Source: Isurus oxyrinchus
Lineage: Eukaryota
Direction of reading: 5' to 3'
Assembly (NCBI GenBank): GCA_026770705.1
Contig: JANJGN010000011.1
Coordinates: 113,584,001-113,648,000, forward strand
Length of the DNA stretch: 64,000 nucleotides
A model generated the notes under the pieces. The model did no database searches and was not told the origin of the DNA. It saw only the letters and a list, made by a program, of their open reading frames with translations. Shown here in pieces: positions 1 through 13,680 of the stretch. Both the position numbers and the translations under genes were made by a program. The stretch's first letter is position 1. Every line of letters starts with the position of its first letter.

Positions 1-61
1 GCAACATTTTGAGCGCTGACGTGCAGTCTCCGCCAACCGCACATCAGCCATAGTCTCTTGT

Positions 62-358
62 GCTGGAGGCATGAGTTCAAATCCCAACATAGCAGCTAGC
101 GAATTTAAATTCAGCGAAATAAATAATTCTGGAATAAAAAACTATTAATGGTGGCCATGAAGCTACTGCATTATATGTCTCACTCAAACCGATTAGAGAA
201 GAAAATCTGCTGCCCTTACTTGGTCTGGCCTGTATATTTCTCCAGACCCATAGCAATGTGTTGACTTGTAGCTGCCATCTGAAATGGTGTGGCAAACTAC
301 TCAGTTGTACAGAGATGGTCAATGAATGCTGGCCTTGCCAGTGAATTAATTTTTAAAA
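62..358 (+). mobile_element. tRNA-derived SINE (Deu-core-like), 5'-eroded
   Basis: B-box gagttcaaatccc (~73-85); core 'ggtctggcct...ctccagacccatagcaatgtg...ctgaaatgg...actcagttg'; 3' tail 'aatgctggccttgccag' shared with the local LINE. Confidence 0.75.
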
Positions 359-374
359 AAGCTGTTTAAGGCAA

Positions 375-2150
375 ACTGTGTTTGACTAACTCAGTTGAGT
401 TCTTTGATGAAGTAACACAGAGGGCTCATGAAGACAGCGTAGATGACTTTGTGTATATGGACTTTAAAAAGGCATTTGACAGGATTTTGCAGATTAGATT
501 TATAGGCAAAATTAAAGCCCGTGGGATTAAAAGGAAATTGGCATCATGGATACAAAATTGTTAAGAGACAGAATGCAGAGAGTAGCAATAAACAATTCTT
601 TTTCAGACAAGATGGAAGTGGTGTTCCCCAGGAATTGGTTGATACATATTAACCCCTTCTTGCTTGATTTCATATAAATTAATAGCCTGGGCTTGAGTAT
701 ATAGGACATAACTTCAATGGTTGTAGATGATGCAAAACTTGAAAATGTAGTAAATAGGAAAGAGGATAGTAATACACTACAGGTGGATATAGATAGACTG
801 GTGAAATGGGTAGACACATGGCAGATGAAATCTACACACTGACATGATATGTTTTTGTTCAGAAGAATGAGGAGAGGCTATATGATCTTAATGGTACAAT
901 TTTAAAAAGGATGCAGAGGCATCTGGGGGTATATGTACTTAAATCTTTGAAGGTGGCAGCACAAGCTGCAAAGGCTGTTAAAAAGCACATCAGATCCTTG
1001 GCTTTATTAATGCAGGAATAGAGGACAAAAGCAAGTAAGTTATGCTAAATCGTTGTGAAACACTGTTTGGCTGTGGCTGGAGTATTGTATTCAATTCTGA
1101 ATGACATGCTTTCAGAAAAATGTGAAGGTTTTGGAGAACAAACTTCCTAGACTGGTATCAGTGCTGAGGGACTTCAGTTATGTGGAGAGATTGGAGAAGC
1201 TGGGTTGTTCTCCTAGAGCAGAAAGGACTCTGTATGGCTGTAGTTGAGAGTGCTATTCTTTTGAGATGTCTGTCCAGGTACTGTTGTCTTTGGAAACTAA
1301 ACTCTTTAAAGGTACAGAGATTATTGAGCCAGACAGGAAGGGTATTTGATGAGCAGATCTTTCTTGAGGAAATCTGTTATTGAAGAATGTTGATGGAAGT
1401 GATGAGTGTTGTGGACAATGCGAATCACCCCTTGTCTCAGTATTACTGCTGGTTGCATTCAGGGAAAGGGCTACAAGTCAGTTCCTGAACTCGTTTGTAC
1501 CCCTCCTTATCAGAATTTCTAACAAGAGTTTAATGAATGGATGAGGATATGCACTCCAGATGGGACTCACTAACTAATTATTTAAATGCATTGGAAGCGT
1601 TTTTTATACATTTTAATTAAATGATAATTATTAATTAATAAATACGCATCTTTTGATAGGGTAATTTTCTTTCTTTTATTTTATTATTCATTTATGTGTT
1701 ATGTTTTTAATGAACGAGCAATTTACCCAAAATGAATTTCCATTGGGACATTAAAGTGAAATTAAATTGAACTGCATTAAGGGAAGATAGAAGTGTTCGA
1801 AATTATGAATGGCTTTGACAGAGTAAATAAGGAGAAACTGTTTCCAATGGCAGGAGGGTCTGTAACCAGAGGAAATACATGTAAGGTGGTTGACAAAAGA
1901 ACCAGATGTGACATGAGGAAACATTTTCTTAAACCACGAGTTATTGGGATCTGAAAAGGTAGTGGAGGCAAATTCATTTGTAATTTTCAGAAGAGAATTG
2001 GATAATTAGTTGAAGGGAAAGTATTTACATGGATCTGGGGATGAAAGAGAGGAGTGGGATTAATTGAACAGCACTACTAAAATTGGCTCTTCTAGCATAG
2101 GCACAATGGGCTGAATGGCTTCTTTTCATGCTGTATCAATCTAGGATTCA
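375..2150 (+). mobile_element. CR1 LINE ORF2 3' half, degenerate, split by an insertion at ~1228-1776
   Basis: LTNSVEFFDEVT..VYMDFKKAFD (382-564); C-terminal CR1 motifs on both sides of the insert ('gagcagaaagg' | 'ttaagggaagat'); 3' UTR 'gggctgaatggct' at ~2108. Confidence 0.85.
1228..1776 (+). mobile_element. Rex1/Babar-like LINE 3' fragment inserted in CR1
   Basis: Interrupts contiguous CR1 sequence; ends 'aatttccattgggacattaaagtgaaattaaattgaa', resembling Rex/Babar 3' ends; 'vvesail' and 'nsfvp' like remnants. Confidence 0.55.
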
Positions 2151-4413
2151 CATAGAAAGATAGCATATAATTTTGTACATACCTTTACGCATTGAGTATA
2201 ATTTTTTAAGTTCACGCAGTTGTGGGGGTGGTGGTGTGCTGGAATCTTATTCAGCAAAAGTGTGAATTGACATATCATGAGCACGCAGCTAGCAAATGAC
2301 GATCCCACTGGCAGCAGGTACTGGGAAAATCACCAACATGAAATTAATAGCATTACAAATTATTTTACTAATTTATAATGAGATTTGGAATAAAGCATAT
2401 ATGATAACTTTGTAAAACAAAGTTCAGATTGGATTAAAATACATGGCTTCTTTTAAAATTTGTCTCCTTTATGTGTTACATGTGACAATTCAGGGATTCT
2501 TTGTGCCGTTTCTTTGTTAGTAGTTTTTCTAGGTTAAGCATTAGCAGCATTGGGTCAACTGCCTGCCTTTGTCATGCTGATTAAAACCAGTCAAATACAA
2601 TCTGAACTTTTAGGCAACCCAAGGGAGGAACTTTGTAACTAGAAGGAAGCATGCGGGTCAACTGTACACTTGGACATATTGAGGATTACAATCCATTAGC
2701 AAATTTATGGCACTTCATCTTTACTTTCAGAGCTGGAGCATGGATATTAATCTCGGAATCGGCTTCATTTTGTAAGCTACTCTTGGCAGGTTGGCTGTTC
2801 TGTTTGGTAGGAGACGTGCATATGAATGTGAACCAACGTGTCAATACTCCGTTTATGCAGTCCAGATCTCTTTCTGTGCTGGAGGATACTTGCCGTGCAC
2901 TCATGCATCCCAAATAAATTGGTGAGTAAATGCAGATTAGGTTATGCAAGAAGTCTCTAGCTAGACTAGTTTGCAGGAAAGAAGAGAGACTTAAAACAAC
3001 TATTTTTGATATTTGAGAAAGTATGTGCCTTTGGAAATTTAGCTGAACTGTGGTTTTCATAATTGATTTAGAAAATAGGACTCTATTGTTTTACTTAGTA
3101 TAGCCTTTGAAACAAATTGTGAATCTTGAATAACTCTCGATATTCTTACTGACTAAGGAAAAGGGATACAGCATTAATTATTCTCTCATAAGAAGCATTG
3201 TGAGGGATTTTGAATTATTACATGAAGCAAAGATAACAGTGGTTTTGTGTCTTTTAAATATTATCAACTGATGTATAATTATTCTATTCAGCATTTAGAC
3301 AAAGAATACAATTCTTGAATTTGAACACATTCTACATTAAGATTTTTTGAATAAATGTAGTGCACAATTTGGAAATAGAGTATTATTCAAATGAGTTTGG
3401 TCTACTTAAATAAGGAAAAATGTTTATCTGAATTGTAACTGAGAAAAAAGGCTGTATACCTAATTCAGTTAGAATGATGTTAGGTTAATTTTGTCAAGTG
3501 TTTTCCTCAGTCGATACTGAAACATTTAATTATTATGTTCAATTTTTGTAGGATATTTGTCAAACTTTAATTGTAGTGATTTTTCATTGTAAAGAAATCA
3601 AGACAATTAATTTTCTATTATGCCATGTTAAGGCTTGTGTTGGACTATTAAAGATTGTTTTTCATTCTGAAAACTTGCTGGGAGCCAGATTGAAATGACA
3701 AGAGAGAACGTGACCATCTGCTATTCAGAAGTAGGGCACTCCATTTCTATCATAGTTATATAATTGGCCAGTAACTGAAATGAGTCTTTTAGTCTGTACT
3801 TTACAATAGAAACTGTTTATCCAACCTTTCTGCTCTGCTGTACTGCACAAGCTGGTCATTATTGTAAAATGGAGGCCAACTAAACTCTAGACATTGTGCT
3901 GCATCACCTCTTTTTTTGAATGGATCTTGCTTTTTTTTCCACACGAATAGCCTTTCTGTGGCATGTACCTCTTTTGCTATTGGTACTTTTGATCACATAA
4001 TTTAAATGTGAGAGGTACGTGTAGAGAATAGTTTCTTCAATAATGCTTATTGGTTTGATAAAAGTAGTTAAATTATTTTTTATATAAAAGGTGATGAGAT
4101 TTAAACATTAGAATGGAAAGACAAACTTATGTCCGAGAAGCAACTGTTACAGAGGATCAGATAATTTGGACAGACTTGTAATACAACTTACTATAGATGT
4201 TAAGAGGTAATAAAATAAATTCACAAAGCCAGGAGCTATAAAGTATAATGAAATATAATCAGCGTTAATCTCTTGCATTTTAGTAACAATTATTGAGTGG
4301 AAAGTTGGAGGCAAGAATTTTGTAACAATATCACAACTTAAATTGATTATGATTGACTCCAAAACATGACCTATGAAAAGTAGACCTAATAAGTTTGATA
4401 GTTTGATGATAAC

Positions 4414-4660
4414 GTGGTCTTGTGGCACAGTGGTCACATCCCTGCCTCTAAGCCAGAAGCTCTGGGTTCAAGTCACACTTCAGGTCTTGATGACCAAGGA
4501 AGGTGCATTCATAATGTGGCTGAACAAGTTGAGTATCAGTTTGTAAATCCTTCCAACATACGCCAATGGCAGGCGATAAGAGTGAAAAAGATTCCTGGTC
4601 AACTATGCAATGCAAAGAGATACCATCACTATCCATAGCTCCTGGAATAACATACATGTA
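4414..4660 (+). mobile_element. tRNA-derived SINE (second family)
   Basis: A-box tggcacagtgg (~4423-4433), B-box gggttcaagtc (~4463-4473). Confidence 0.55.
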
Positions 4661-4684
4661 AAATGTATGTTGCCACAGCAAGTT

Positions 4685-4840
4685 GGGGCTGGCTGTCTCA
4701 GTTGGTTGGATGGTCAGTGTGGATCAGATTAGCGCCAACAGCAGGGGGTTTGATTCCCCAGTCAGACTGGGGTGGATTCAGGACCTGCCTACCCCTGGTC
4801 GAGATTCTGGCATGGTGGGTTGGACCTGCCTTCAATCAGA
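4685..4840 (+). mobile_element. tRNA-derived SINE fragment (third family)
   Basis: A-box-like 'tgtctcagttggt', B-box-like 'gggtttgattccc' (~4747-4759). Confidence 0.45.
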
Positions 4841-5419
4841 AAATTCAAGCATTTATTTCAAAATTCAGCCTTTTGTTCCATCCCACTGAACAGCCTTCAA
4901 AGTGGTAATTTGCCTGTCAGAAAAGAGTTTGGATGTAGAAGCACTGGACTATAATAAATATAATAGAAAACACAAATGGCTGAAGTGTGCCAGGACCTGA
5001 AGCACTTTGTAGACAAATGCAATGATACAGTGTTCAGTATGGACAATGGAGAAATAGATGGAACGTAGAAGGAAATTTAATTGAATGACAACTGACCTCA
5101 ATTGCGTATTATGACCTCCAGATTTATTTAAATTTTAGATTCACAGTCTCACGATGTATTTAGAATACATTAATTAATTAGAATACATTGATTAATTAAT
5201 CTCTCTGCATTCTAAGGGTAGCAGGTACAAGGGTAGCAATAAATAATATGATAGTTGAAAATTAAATACAGCAGAATGATGGAAAATAATTGTTGATGAG
5301 AATAACAATGATGGTTGAACAGAAGATTTTGAAAGCTGAAAGAAAACCCAACAATGATGGACGAAACAGTTTCAAAATGAATATTAAACTGGTATTGGGG
5401 TTAGTGTAATGTTTTAGTA

Positions 5420-5705
5420 ATTCATGGCTAGGCCAGCATTTGTTGCTCATTATTAATTGCCCTCGAGCAGGTAGTGGTGAGTTGCCTTCTTGAACCGTTG
5501 CAATCCATGTGGTTTAGTTACATCCACAATACTCTTTAGGGAGACAGTTCCAGGATTTTGACCCAATGACAGTGAAAGAATGGAATTATGTTTTCAAGTC
5601 AAGGAGGTGTGTGACTTAGAGGGCAACTTACAGGTGGTGATGTTCCCATGTTGCTGCTGCCCTTGTTCTTCCAGGTGGTAAGGATCGCAGGTTTGGCATG
5701 TGAGT
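5420..5705 (-). mobile_element. 3' end fragment of the dominant APE-RT LINE family
   Basis: Reverse complement matches the 3' ends at 9700-9960 and 40380-40630. Confidence 0.8.
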
Positions 5706-7779
5706 AGGCATCAAGCAGATTCCTTTGTCTTGGAAACATCATTGCGGTAATGTGGACAAGGCCATGGCTAAATTTAGTGAAGATGATGATCTTGAATGCA
5801 GTTTCTTGAGGCATTGGAAGACAAATTGTATTCAAGGATGGGGATAACTGGAAGGTAGGACTGTGGAAGTGTTAACATGGACTGCAACTTTCCGAATGAG
5901 TTCTAGTTTGCAGCATATAATGGTTGGTGAGGTCAAAGATCAAAGTAACAAAGACATGGACTAGCTCTTTGGCACCAGTGAGAAAAAAGCAGCAGAGGGT
6001 AATTATTCCAAAGTGGAAGGTGCAATTTTGGTAATGATTCAATTGTGAGGCCTGAAACTGAGCCTGAAATTGAACAGTTTTTCTTAGATTTTCATCTCTG
6101 AGCTAAACCTGAGGTGACAGCCAAGGAATGTAACAGAGTCAAATCAGAGACGTAAGGATGGCGTCAATTTTCCAAAATTTAGTTGAAATATATTAACATT
6201 TAGTGTGCTGACATTTCATTTAGCTACAATTTCAATCCATTTGTTCAGTTATTAAGAAACTATATTTCATTAATGTTTTGGATGTAGAAAGCAAATAAAT
6301 TGAAAGTTTGAGGAGGAACATAATCCTATGAGACATTTTAGGCTTTAATGTTAAATTTCTTAAGACTATTTAATGCAAGCTATTATAAATTAATCATAAA
6401 TGACTCACAATAAATGCTTTAAAGGAACAAGTTAATGAAATAGAGATGAGAGGTGTTTCTAGTCTTTATTTAATAATAATTTGAAGCTTTATTGAAACCT
6501 CTGGGAAAACAGGATTTGTTAACCCTAAAACTCTTCCTCCATAACATTAATTAATTACCCACAGTTCATGGAGATTTTTTGGATATTATTTCAAAATTCA
6601 CACAATATATTGAAATTTTCTCAATTTGTTTTAATGATAAGATGCCGTTTTGGGACAATGTATTTCTCTGATCAACATATGAATGTAGATGAAGTTGCAG
6701 TGTCATTCAATTGAAATTAATAAAACTATGGGGCTAAAACCCTTTAATTCAGTGCAGTCATAGTCTATCTTTGTTGATAATTTTCACATTTAGCTTTAGT
6801 TATGATCCACGGGGGGAAACTATAAACTAAGATAGCCAAAATTTACTGAATGACCCCCAAATGAAGAAATTACCAACAAGAATCTACTTTTCGTAGCTTT
6901 TATTTTACCAAATCAGAACCAACACAAATTACACATGAATTAACAGGCCAATGATAGGTAAACTTCACTTTATATAGTCAATTCAACTAAAATATATCCT
7001 ATGGAACCACATCACTTAATGATCAAATGTGATACCATGTGTAGTCTTACAGTACGCGGGATCTCGCAGTTTTCCACTAAATTGATTCAGCCCTCAAGTT
7101 GTGTTCACTGGCAGCTGCATTAACACCACCAAGACACACATCTATGAACCCTCTCTCACTCTGGCCATGTCAGTCCTAACGGCATAGCTTTCCAGAGTTC
7201 TTTATCAACCAACAATACCCAGTTCACAATCTGGTACTCTGATACAAATTCTCAGCTCTTTCACATGCCTGAGCTAGTCAGACCAATTGGAGGATTCAGT
7301 CTCTGTTAGCTTGCTCGTACATTGCTTCCACAAGCACTTCTAGAATTTTATTTTTTTTCTTACTGTCAAACAGAAAATTAACATTTTTGTAGAGACCTCA
7401 GATTTCTTCTAAATACACCAGGAATTTGATGACTGTCCTATTGTGGCACTTCTTTGTGTTTGCATCTGTCTGCTGTTTGCCTTCTGTCTCCAGCTCTCCT
7501 TTGTGTCTGCAATGCTCCTTTGTGTCTACAAGCCATGCAACATTTTGTCTCAACTTCCTTCCTGTTGGTACTGTTTCCAGGTCAAGGATTGCCAGGCCAC
7601 ATGTACCAGTATTTCTTATGATCCAAGAACATTTAATTGATCCCTTTACAATTGATGCAAGCTCTCAAAGGTCCTTTTCAAACATTCATAAAAACAATTA
7701 GATTCTACATTAGATGCATTTTAAATAATTACAAATTTTCCTTATGGTACTGCTTTTGAGTCAACAGTCATCATACTTT

Positions 7780-9977
7780 GTAGGTGGTGAGGGAACTAAC
7801 AAGAGGAAAAAGACAACTTGACCTTATCCTCACCAATCTACCTGTCAGTGACAGTATTAGTAGGAGTGACCACTGTATAGCCCTTGTGGAGACAAAGTCT
7901 CGCTTCCACATTGAGGATATCCTCAATTGTGTAGTGTGCCACTACCACCATGCTAAATGAGATAGTGCTTTGAACAGTTCTAACCTACTCAAAACTGGGC
8001 ATCTATGATGTGGGCCTTAACCACAATCTGTAACCTCATGGCCCAGCATCTCTGTCACTCTACCATAACCATCAAGCCGGGGGATTCACTCTTGTTCAAT
8101 GAAGAGTGCAGGAAGGCATTCCAGGAGCTGCAGCAGGCATACCTAAAAATCAGGCGTCAACCTGGTGAAGCTACAACACAGGATTACTTGCATGCCAAAT
8201 AACGGAAGCAGCATACGATTGACAGAGCTAAGCAATCCCACAACCAAAGGATCAGATCTAAGCTCTGCAGTCCTGTTGTGAGTTGTGGAGAAGAAGGCTG
8301 GAGAAGATGGCTCCACAAATATCCCCATCTACAATGATGGAGGAACCCAGCACGTCAGTGCAAAGGACAAGGCTGAAGCATTTGCAACCATCTTCAGCCT
8401 GAAGTGCTGAGTGGACAATCCATCTCAGCCTCCTCCTCAGGTCCCCAACATCACAGTCTACCACCAATTGGATTCACTCCATTTGATATCAAGAGGTGGC
8501 TGAAGGCACTGGATACTTCAAAGGCTTTGGGCCCTGACAACATTCCAGCAATAGTACTGAAGACTCCAGAACTAGCCATGCCCCTAAACAAGCTGTTCCA
8601 GTACAGCTACAGCACTGGCATCTACCCGGCAATGTGGAAAACTGCCTAGGTTTGTCCTGTACACAGCAAGCAAGACAAATCCAACCTGGCCAATTACCAA
8701 CCCATCAGTCTATTCTTGATCATCAGTAAAATGATGGAATGTGCTGTCAACAGTGCTATCAAGTGACACTTGCTTAGCAATAACCTGCTCACTGATGCTC
8801 AGTTTGGGTTCTGCCAGGGCCACTCAGCTCCTGACCTTGTTACTGCCTTGGTCCAAACATGGTCAAAGGAGTTGACCTCAAGAGGTGAGGTGAGAATAGC
8901 TGTCCTTGACATCAAGGCAGCATTTGGCCGAGCGTGGCTTAAAGGGGCCCGAGCAAAACTGAAGTCAGTGAGATTTGGGGGAAAACTCGACAAAGGTTGG
9001 AATAATACCTAGCATAAAGAAAGATGGTTGTGGTTGCAGCTGTTTCATCAATGACCTTCATTGTAAGGTCAGAAGTGGAGATGTTTGCTGATGATTGCAC
9101 AATGTTCAGCAACATCCATGACAACTCAGATCCCGAAGCAGTTGGTATCCATATGCATAAAGCCCTGGACAATATTCAGGTTTGGGCTGATAAATGGCAA
9201 GTAAAATTTGCATCTCACAAGTGCCAGGTAATGACCATTTCCAACAAGACAGAATCTAACAATCGCCCCTTGATATTCAATGAAATTACCATCGCTGAAT
9301 CCCCCTCTGTCAACATCCTGGAAGTTACCATTGACCAGAAACTGAACTGGACCAGCCATATAAATACTGTGGCCACAACAGCAGGTCAGAGGTTAGGATT
9401 TCTGTAGCGAGCAACTCACCTCCTGACTTCCCAAAGCCTGTCCACCATCTACAAGGCACAAATCAGAAGTGTGATGGAATACTCTTCACTTGCCTGGATG
9501 AGTGCAGCTCAAGAAGCTTGATATCATCCAGGACAAAGCAATCCATGGGGTGATTGGCCACCATCCATCATCTTAAACCTTCACTCCCTCCAGCACCGAT
9601 GGACAGTGGCAGCAGTGTGTACCATCTGCAAGATGCACGGCAGCAACTCACCAAGGCTCCTTTGCCATTACCTAGCAAACCCATAATCTCTATCACCTAG
9701 AAGGACAAGGGCAGCAGATGCATGGGAACACCACCAAAGTTCCCCACCAAGCCACTCAGCATCCTGACTTGGAAATATATCGCCGTTCCCTCACTGTCGC
9801 TGGGTCAAAATCCTGGAGGTCCCTCCCTAACAGCACTGTGGGTGTACCTTCACCACAAGGACTGCAACGGATCAAGAAGGCAGCTCACTACCAATTCTCA
9901 TGGGCACTTAGGGATGGGCAATAAATGCTGGACGAGGCTTCGATGCCCACATTTCATGAACAAATAAAGGAAAAAAT
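7780..9977 (+). mobile_element. 5'-truncated LINE (CR1 group), disrupted APE end plus RT
   Basis: SDH motif (~7865); KALGPDNIP; QFGFCQGHSAPDL; VLDIKAAF; MFADD (9081-9095); C-terminus FKKAAHH-like; A-rich tail. Confidence 0.92.
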
Positions 9978-10320
9978 TAGAGACAATTGTCTTTTGACTC
10001 CCTTACTAAACAAAAATAGAATTAAAGATTATCAGATGTTTGTTAAGAAAACTATGGGCAGAATCGTCCCAAACATGCACTAAATGTGATAGCAGGCGGG
10101 AAAAAGAATAGTTTACCCAACGGCCGGAATGGCAGCTTTTCATGCTGTATCATCCCAATCTCGCCTCATTAATAATGCATTCCTGAGAAACATATCGTTT
10201 TGATGGTGGGCAGACGCTCATTTGCCCACCACGCCATCACTGCGCCAGGCGCCATATTTAAAGTACAGCCACGCGAACACCTTTCAGTGCTTCCAGCCCC
10301 AGGGCTTCTGCAAAGAAGAC

Positions 10321-10545
10321 ATGGCCCTGAAAGGCAGGAAGACTGCAGCTCCCCGGTTTAATGACGCATTCCTTGGACGCAGTGAGGCTCACCATGATGT
10401 CCTCTACCCCGACTCTGGGGAACGGGCAGCAACATCCAATCCAGCATGGAAGGCGGTGGCAGCGATGGTCAGCATCAATGCCCTGCAAAAGAGGACAACC
10501 ACCCAGTTCCATAAAAGGATGAATGATCTCCTCCGTTCTGCCAGG
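10321..10545 (+). pseudogene. Harbinger Myb/SANT-like DNA-binding protein, exon 1
   Basis: MALKGRKTAAPRFNDAFL...AWKAVAAMVS...RTTTQFHKRMNDLLRSAR followed by donor gtaagt at 10546; TATA-like atatttaaa ~10254; downstream exons absent. Confidence 0.8.
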
Positions 10546-10630
10546 GTAAGTCACTCTTCTCATCAGTCTCAACTCACACTCATAAACCCATTATACATCC
10601 ACAGGGCCCTCACTCACTGCCGGTTCAAAG

Positions 10631-11990
10631 AATTGGTGGAGGTACCAGGGGATCCACCACCTCACCCGTCAACGCCCCTGATGCTCACCACCAATGCCCT
10701 GTTCTCTTCCAGGTCATCGTCTCTAGCTTCCAACCCCTCCCCTCTATTGAGTATGGGGGGCTGGTTCGGAGCTGCCAGTCGGCTCCACCTCCACCTCGAT
10801 CCCACCCCCAGGATCAAGGCCAGAGGGGTCCTCTCTGCTCTCCTTGTGGGGCTCTGGGTCAGAGGGCATCAGCAGCTCAGAGACCCACTCCACCTCAGGC
10901 ACCAGATCGCCAGGCAAATCCAGAAATGTTCCGAGCCCAAAACAGTAGCGCCCAGTGCCAAAGGCCGAGCTGCGGGGTCCTCCTCGCAAATGACACCCAA
11001 TGACCCAGCAATTGGGAATCACCGCGGTCCCTCAGTGGGCCAGATGACATCTCAGGGGTACAAGGCGGGTGAGGGTGGGGTGTTACATCAAGGGCGACAC
11101 CCTTACCGACCCCCGAGGGGCCCTGCTCAGGGGATCGCGGCAAAGAATCAGGAAGTTTGGCTTCCCCAGGAGGGCGGTGCAAGGACTTACGGGATGGAGC
11201 TGCCTCCAGGTGGCCAGTCTTTCTCTGTGACTTCTTCCGGTGCCTGGGTCTGAAACAAGCTCTGGATTTTGCATATACAGGCCAGGTTGCATTTATGCTT
11301 GTCCCTCAACTATAGATCTACTTCTGAAAGAATAAATTAGCTTGTGAAGAAAATTAACCACTCAGACCACCCATTTTTATCCGAGATGGGAGCAGCTGTC
11401 AGTGGCACCACCCCTTGCGCGGAGGAAGTTGGAGCGGTGGCGGGGGGAGGAGCGGTGGTGCCAACCGCGGCCACCTGGATGGTGCTGGGGGCCTTGGAGG
11501 GGGGCAGTCCTTCTCCATGTGCCCCACCCCCTTGCAGGCATGGCATCGCGTGGCAGACAAAAACCTGGCACCGGAAGGAGTGCACATGACGAAGGCTCGG
11601 GTCCTTTAGGCCAAGCGGGATTGGTGCCCCCACCCCAACATCACCTCCCCCAGATGACAAAAATGAGGGGGGAGGAACTCATCAGGGACAAGATAATATG
11701 AGCCTCTGAGCGATGGCCTCCAGAGGGCCCACTGCCAGGAATATCCCGTCCACCATGAGCCCCTTTTCGAGGGCGAGGCGCACTGCCCACTCAGTTTTAA
11801 AAAGAATACAGCCTTCCTGTGCATTTTTGAGGCTGTGACAACGGCTAAGGGGCTGACAACCCCAGCCAGAGCGTTGATGCAGGCTCCAATGGTCATTGTG
11901 GGCTGGGTGTAGCACTTCACCTCAAGCTGTCAGGTCAGCAATTTAAATGATGATGGGGCTTCGGGAGATTCAGGGGCCTAAGAGGCCTCC
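10631..11990 (-). pseudogene. Tx1-like ORF1 (gag-like, zinc knuckle), frameshifted
   Basis: KCYTQPTMTIGACINALAGVVSPLAVVTASKMHRKAVFFLK / TEWAVRLALEKGLMVDGIFLAVGPLEAIAQRLILS; CCHC knuckle CHACKGVGHMEKDCP (~11500-11545); GEVVDPLVPPP at the break. Confidence 0.75.
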
Positions 11991-12589
11991 ACCCCCGTAT
12001 AGGTGGCCTGGGTGGTACCCACCACCAATAAAGATGGTGCTGCCTTTGGTGAGTGCTAAACGCACCACGATACAGACAAAATACACAGAACAAACAGAGT
12101 GAATGGAGAGTAGGAGCAGGGGGAGTGAGAGGGAGAGGAGGAGGCAGAGACAGAGAGATCAAAGGCAGGCAGGTGCCCTGATGTTTCTTGAGGTGGGTGG
12201 TGGAGAGGTGGTCCGATGTTCAGCAGGGGTAGGAGTCTTCCCCTGGGCAGCTAGCACTGCCCAGGCACAGTTCAGGAATGATGGTATCGGTCCTTGGGTG
12301 CAGCTGGCAGCATGTGCTAGCCCATGCGAGGCAAGGGAGGACAGAGTGGGGTGCAGGTTTTCTTTTCCCCTTTTAACACTCAGTCAGTCACTGTCCTCCC
12401 TTCTGAAGAAAACATGTCTTCCTTCCCTCCCCCTGCAGGAAATCAATCAGTTGCAGTTCTTTTCTTCCCCAGGCACCTACCTCTGGCACAGCAAATGTCC
12501 TCCTCCTCTGGCTGAAGTTATGTCCTCCCCACCTCCGGCTTTTTCCAGGCTCCCACTCCCAGGCTCTACAGGCCTTGCAAGGCCCCACC

Positions 12590-13680
12590 CTGCAGCAGCA
12601 GCAGGGCTGTAGCAACAGCAGCAGCAACAGGCTGTAGGGGCCCCCAGAAAGGAAAATTCCAACTCCATGAACTCCTTTTCTCCTCCATATGTGCAGTAGT
12701 CTTCCCCTTCCAGGTGAAGGTGAGCAAACAAAAACTCCAAAGTAGTAACAGCAGCAGCAGAGGAAAGCAGCATCCAGAGCAGTAGCACAGCAACAGCCAG
12801 TGCCAGTACCACAGCCAGCACTAGTGCCACAGCCAGCAGCAGCAGCACAGCCAGCTCCAGCACCAGCTACAGCACCAGCACCAGCACCAGCACCACAGCC
12901 AGCTCTAGCACCAGCAACAGCACCACAGCCAGCACCAGCACCACAGCCAACACCAGCACCACAGCCAGCTCCAGCACCAGCAACAGCACCAGCACCAGCA
13001 CCAGCAACAGACCAGAGCCAGCATCAGCACCAGCATCAGTACCACAGCCAGCTCCAGCACCAGCACCAGCAACAGCACCACAGCCAGCTCCAGCACAGCA
13101 ACAGCACCAGTGCCAGCACCAACAACAGACCAGAGCCAGCATCAGCACCAGCAACAGCACCACGGCCAGTTCCAGCACAGCAACAGCACCAGTGCCAGCA
13201 ACAGACCAGAGCCAGCATCAGCACCAGCAACAGCACCACAGCCAGCTCCAGCACAGCAACAGCACCAGTGCCAGCACAAGCAACAGCACCAGAGCCAGCA
13301 TCAGCACTAGCATCAGCACCACGGCCAGTTCCAGCACCAGCAACAGCACCACAGCCAGCACCAGCACCACAGCCAGCGCCAGCACCACAGCCAGCTCCAG
13401 CACCAGCAACAGTACCAGCACCAGCAGCAGCAACAGCACCAGCGCCAGCACCACAGCCAGCACCACAGCCAGCACCAGCAACAGCACCAGCACCAGCAAC
13501 AGTACCAGCACCAGCAGCAGCAACAGCACCAGCGCCAGCACCACAGCCAGCACCAGCAACAACACCAGCACCACAGCCAGCAACAGCATCAGCGCCACAG
13601 CCAGCAACAGCACCAGCACCAGCGCCACAGCCAGCACCAGCACCAGCACCAGTGCACAGCAACAGCACCAGCACCAGCTC
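12590..13680. repeat. ~1.1 kb low-complexity tandem array of cagcac/cagcaa/cacagc units with higher-order blocks
   Basis: Seen directly; recurring blocks such as 'acagaccagagccagcatcagcaccagc' and 'agtaccagcaccagcagcagcaacagcaccagcgccagc'. Confidence 0.95.

Noticed and set aside
5720-7770. Possible ancient L2 or LTR remnants and small ORFs (7426-7701)
   Set aside because: No diagnostic motifs recognisable by eye.
10222-11253. 343-aa ORF as a single Myb fusion protein
   Set aside because: It reads through a splice donor at 10546 into intron and antisense Tx1 sequence; only 10321-10545 is homologous to Myb/SANT.
12590-13680. CRISPR-like array
   Set aside because: No constant repeat with unique spacers, eukaryotic context, no cas genes.
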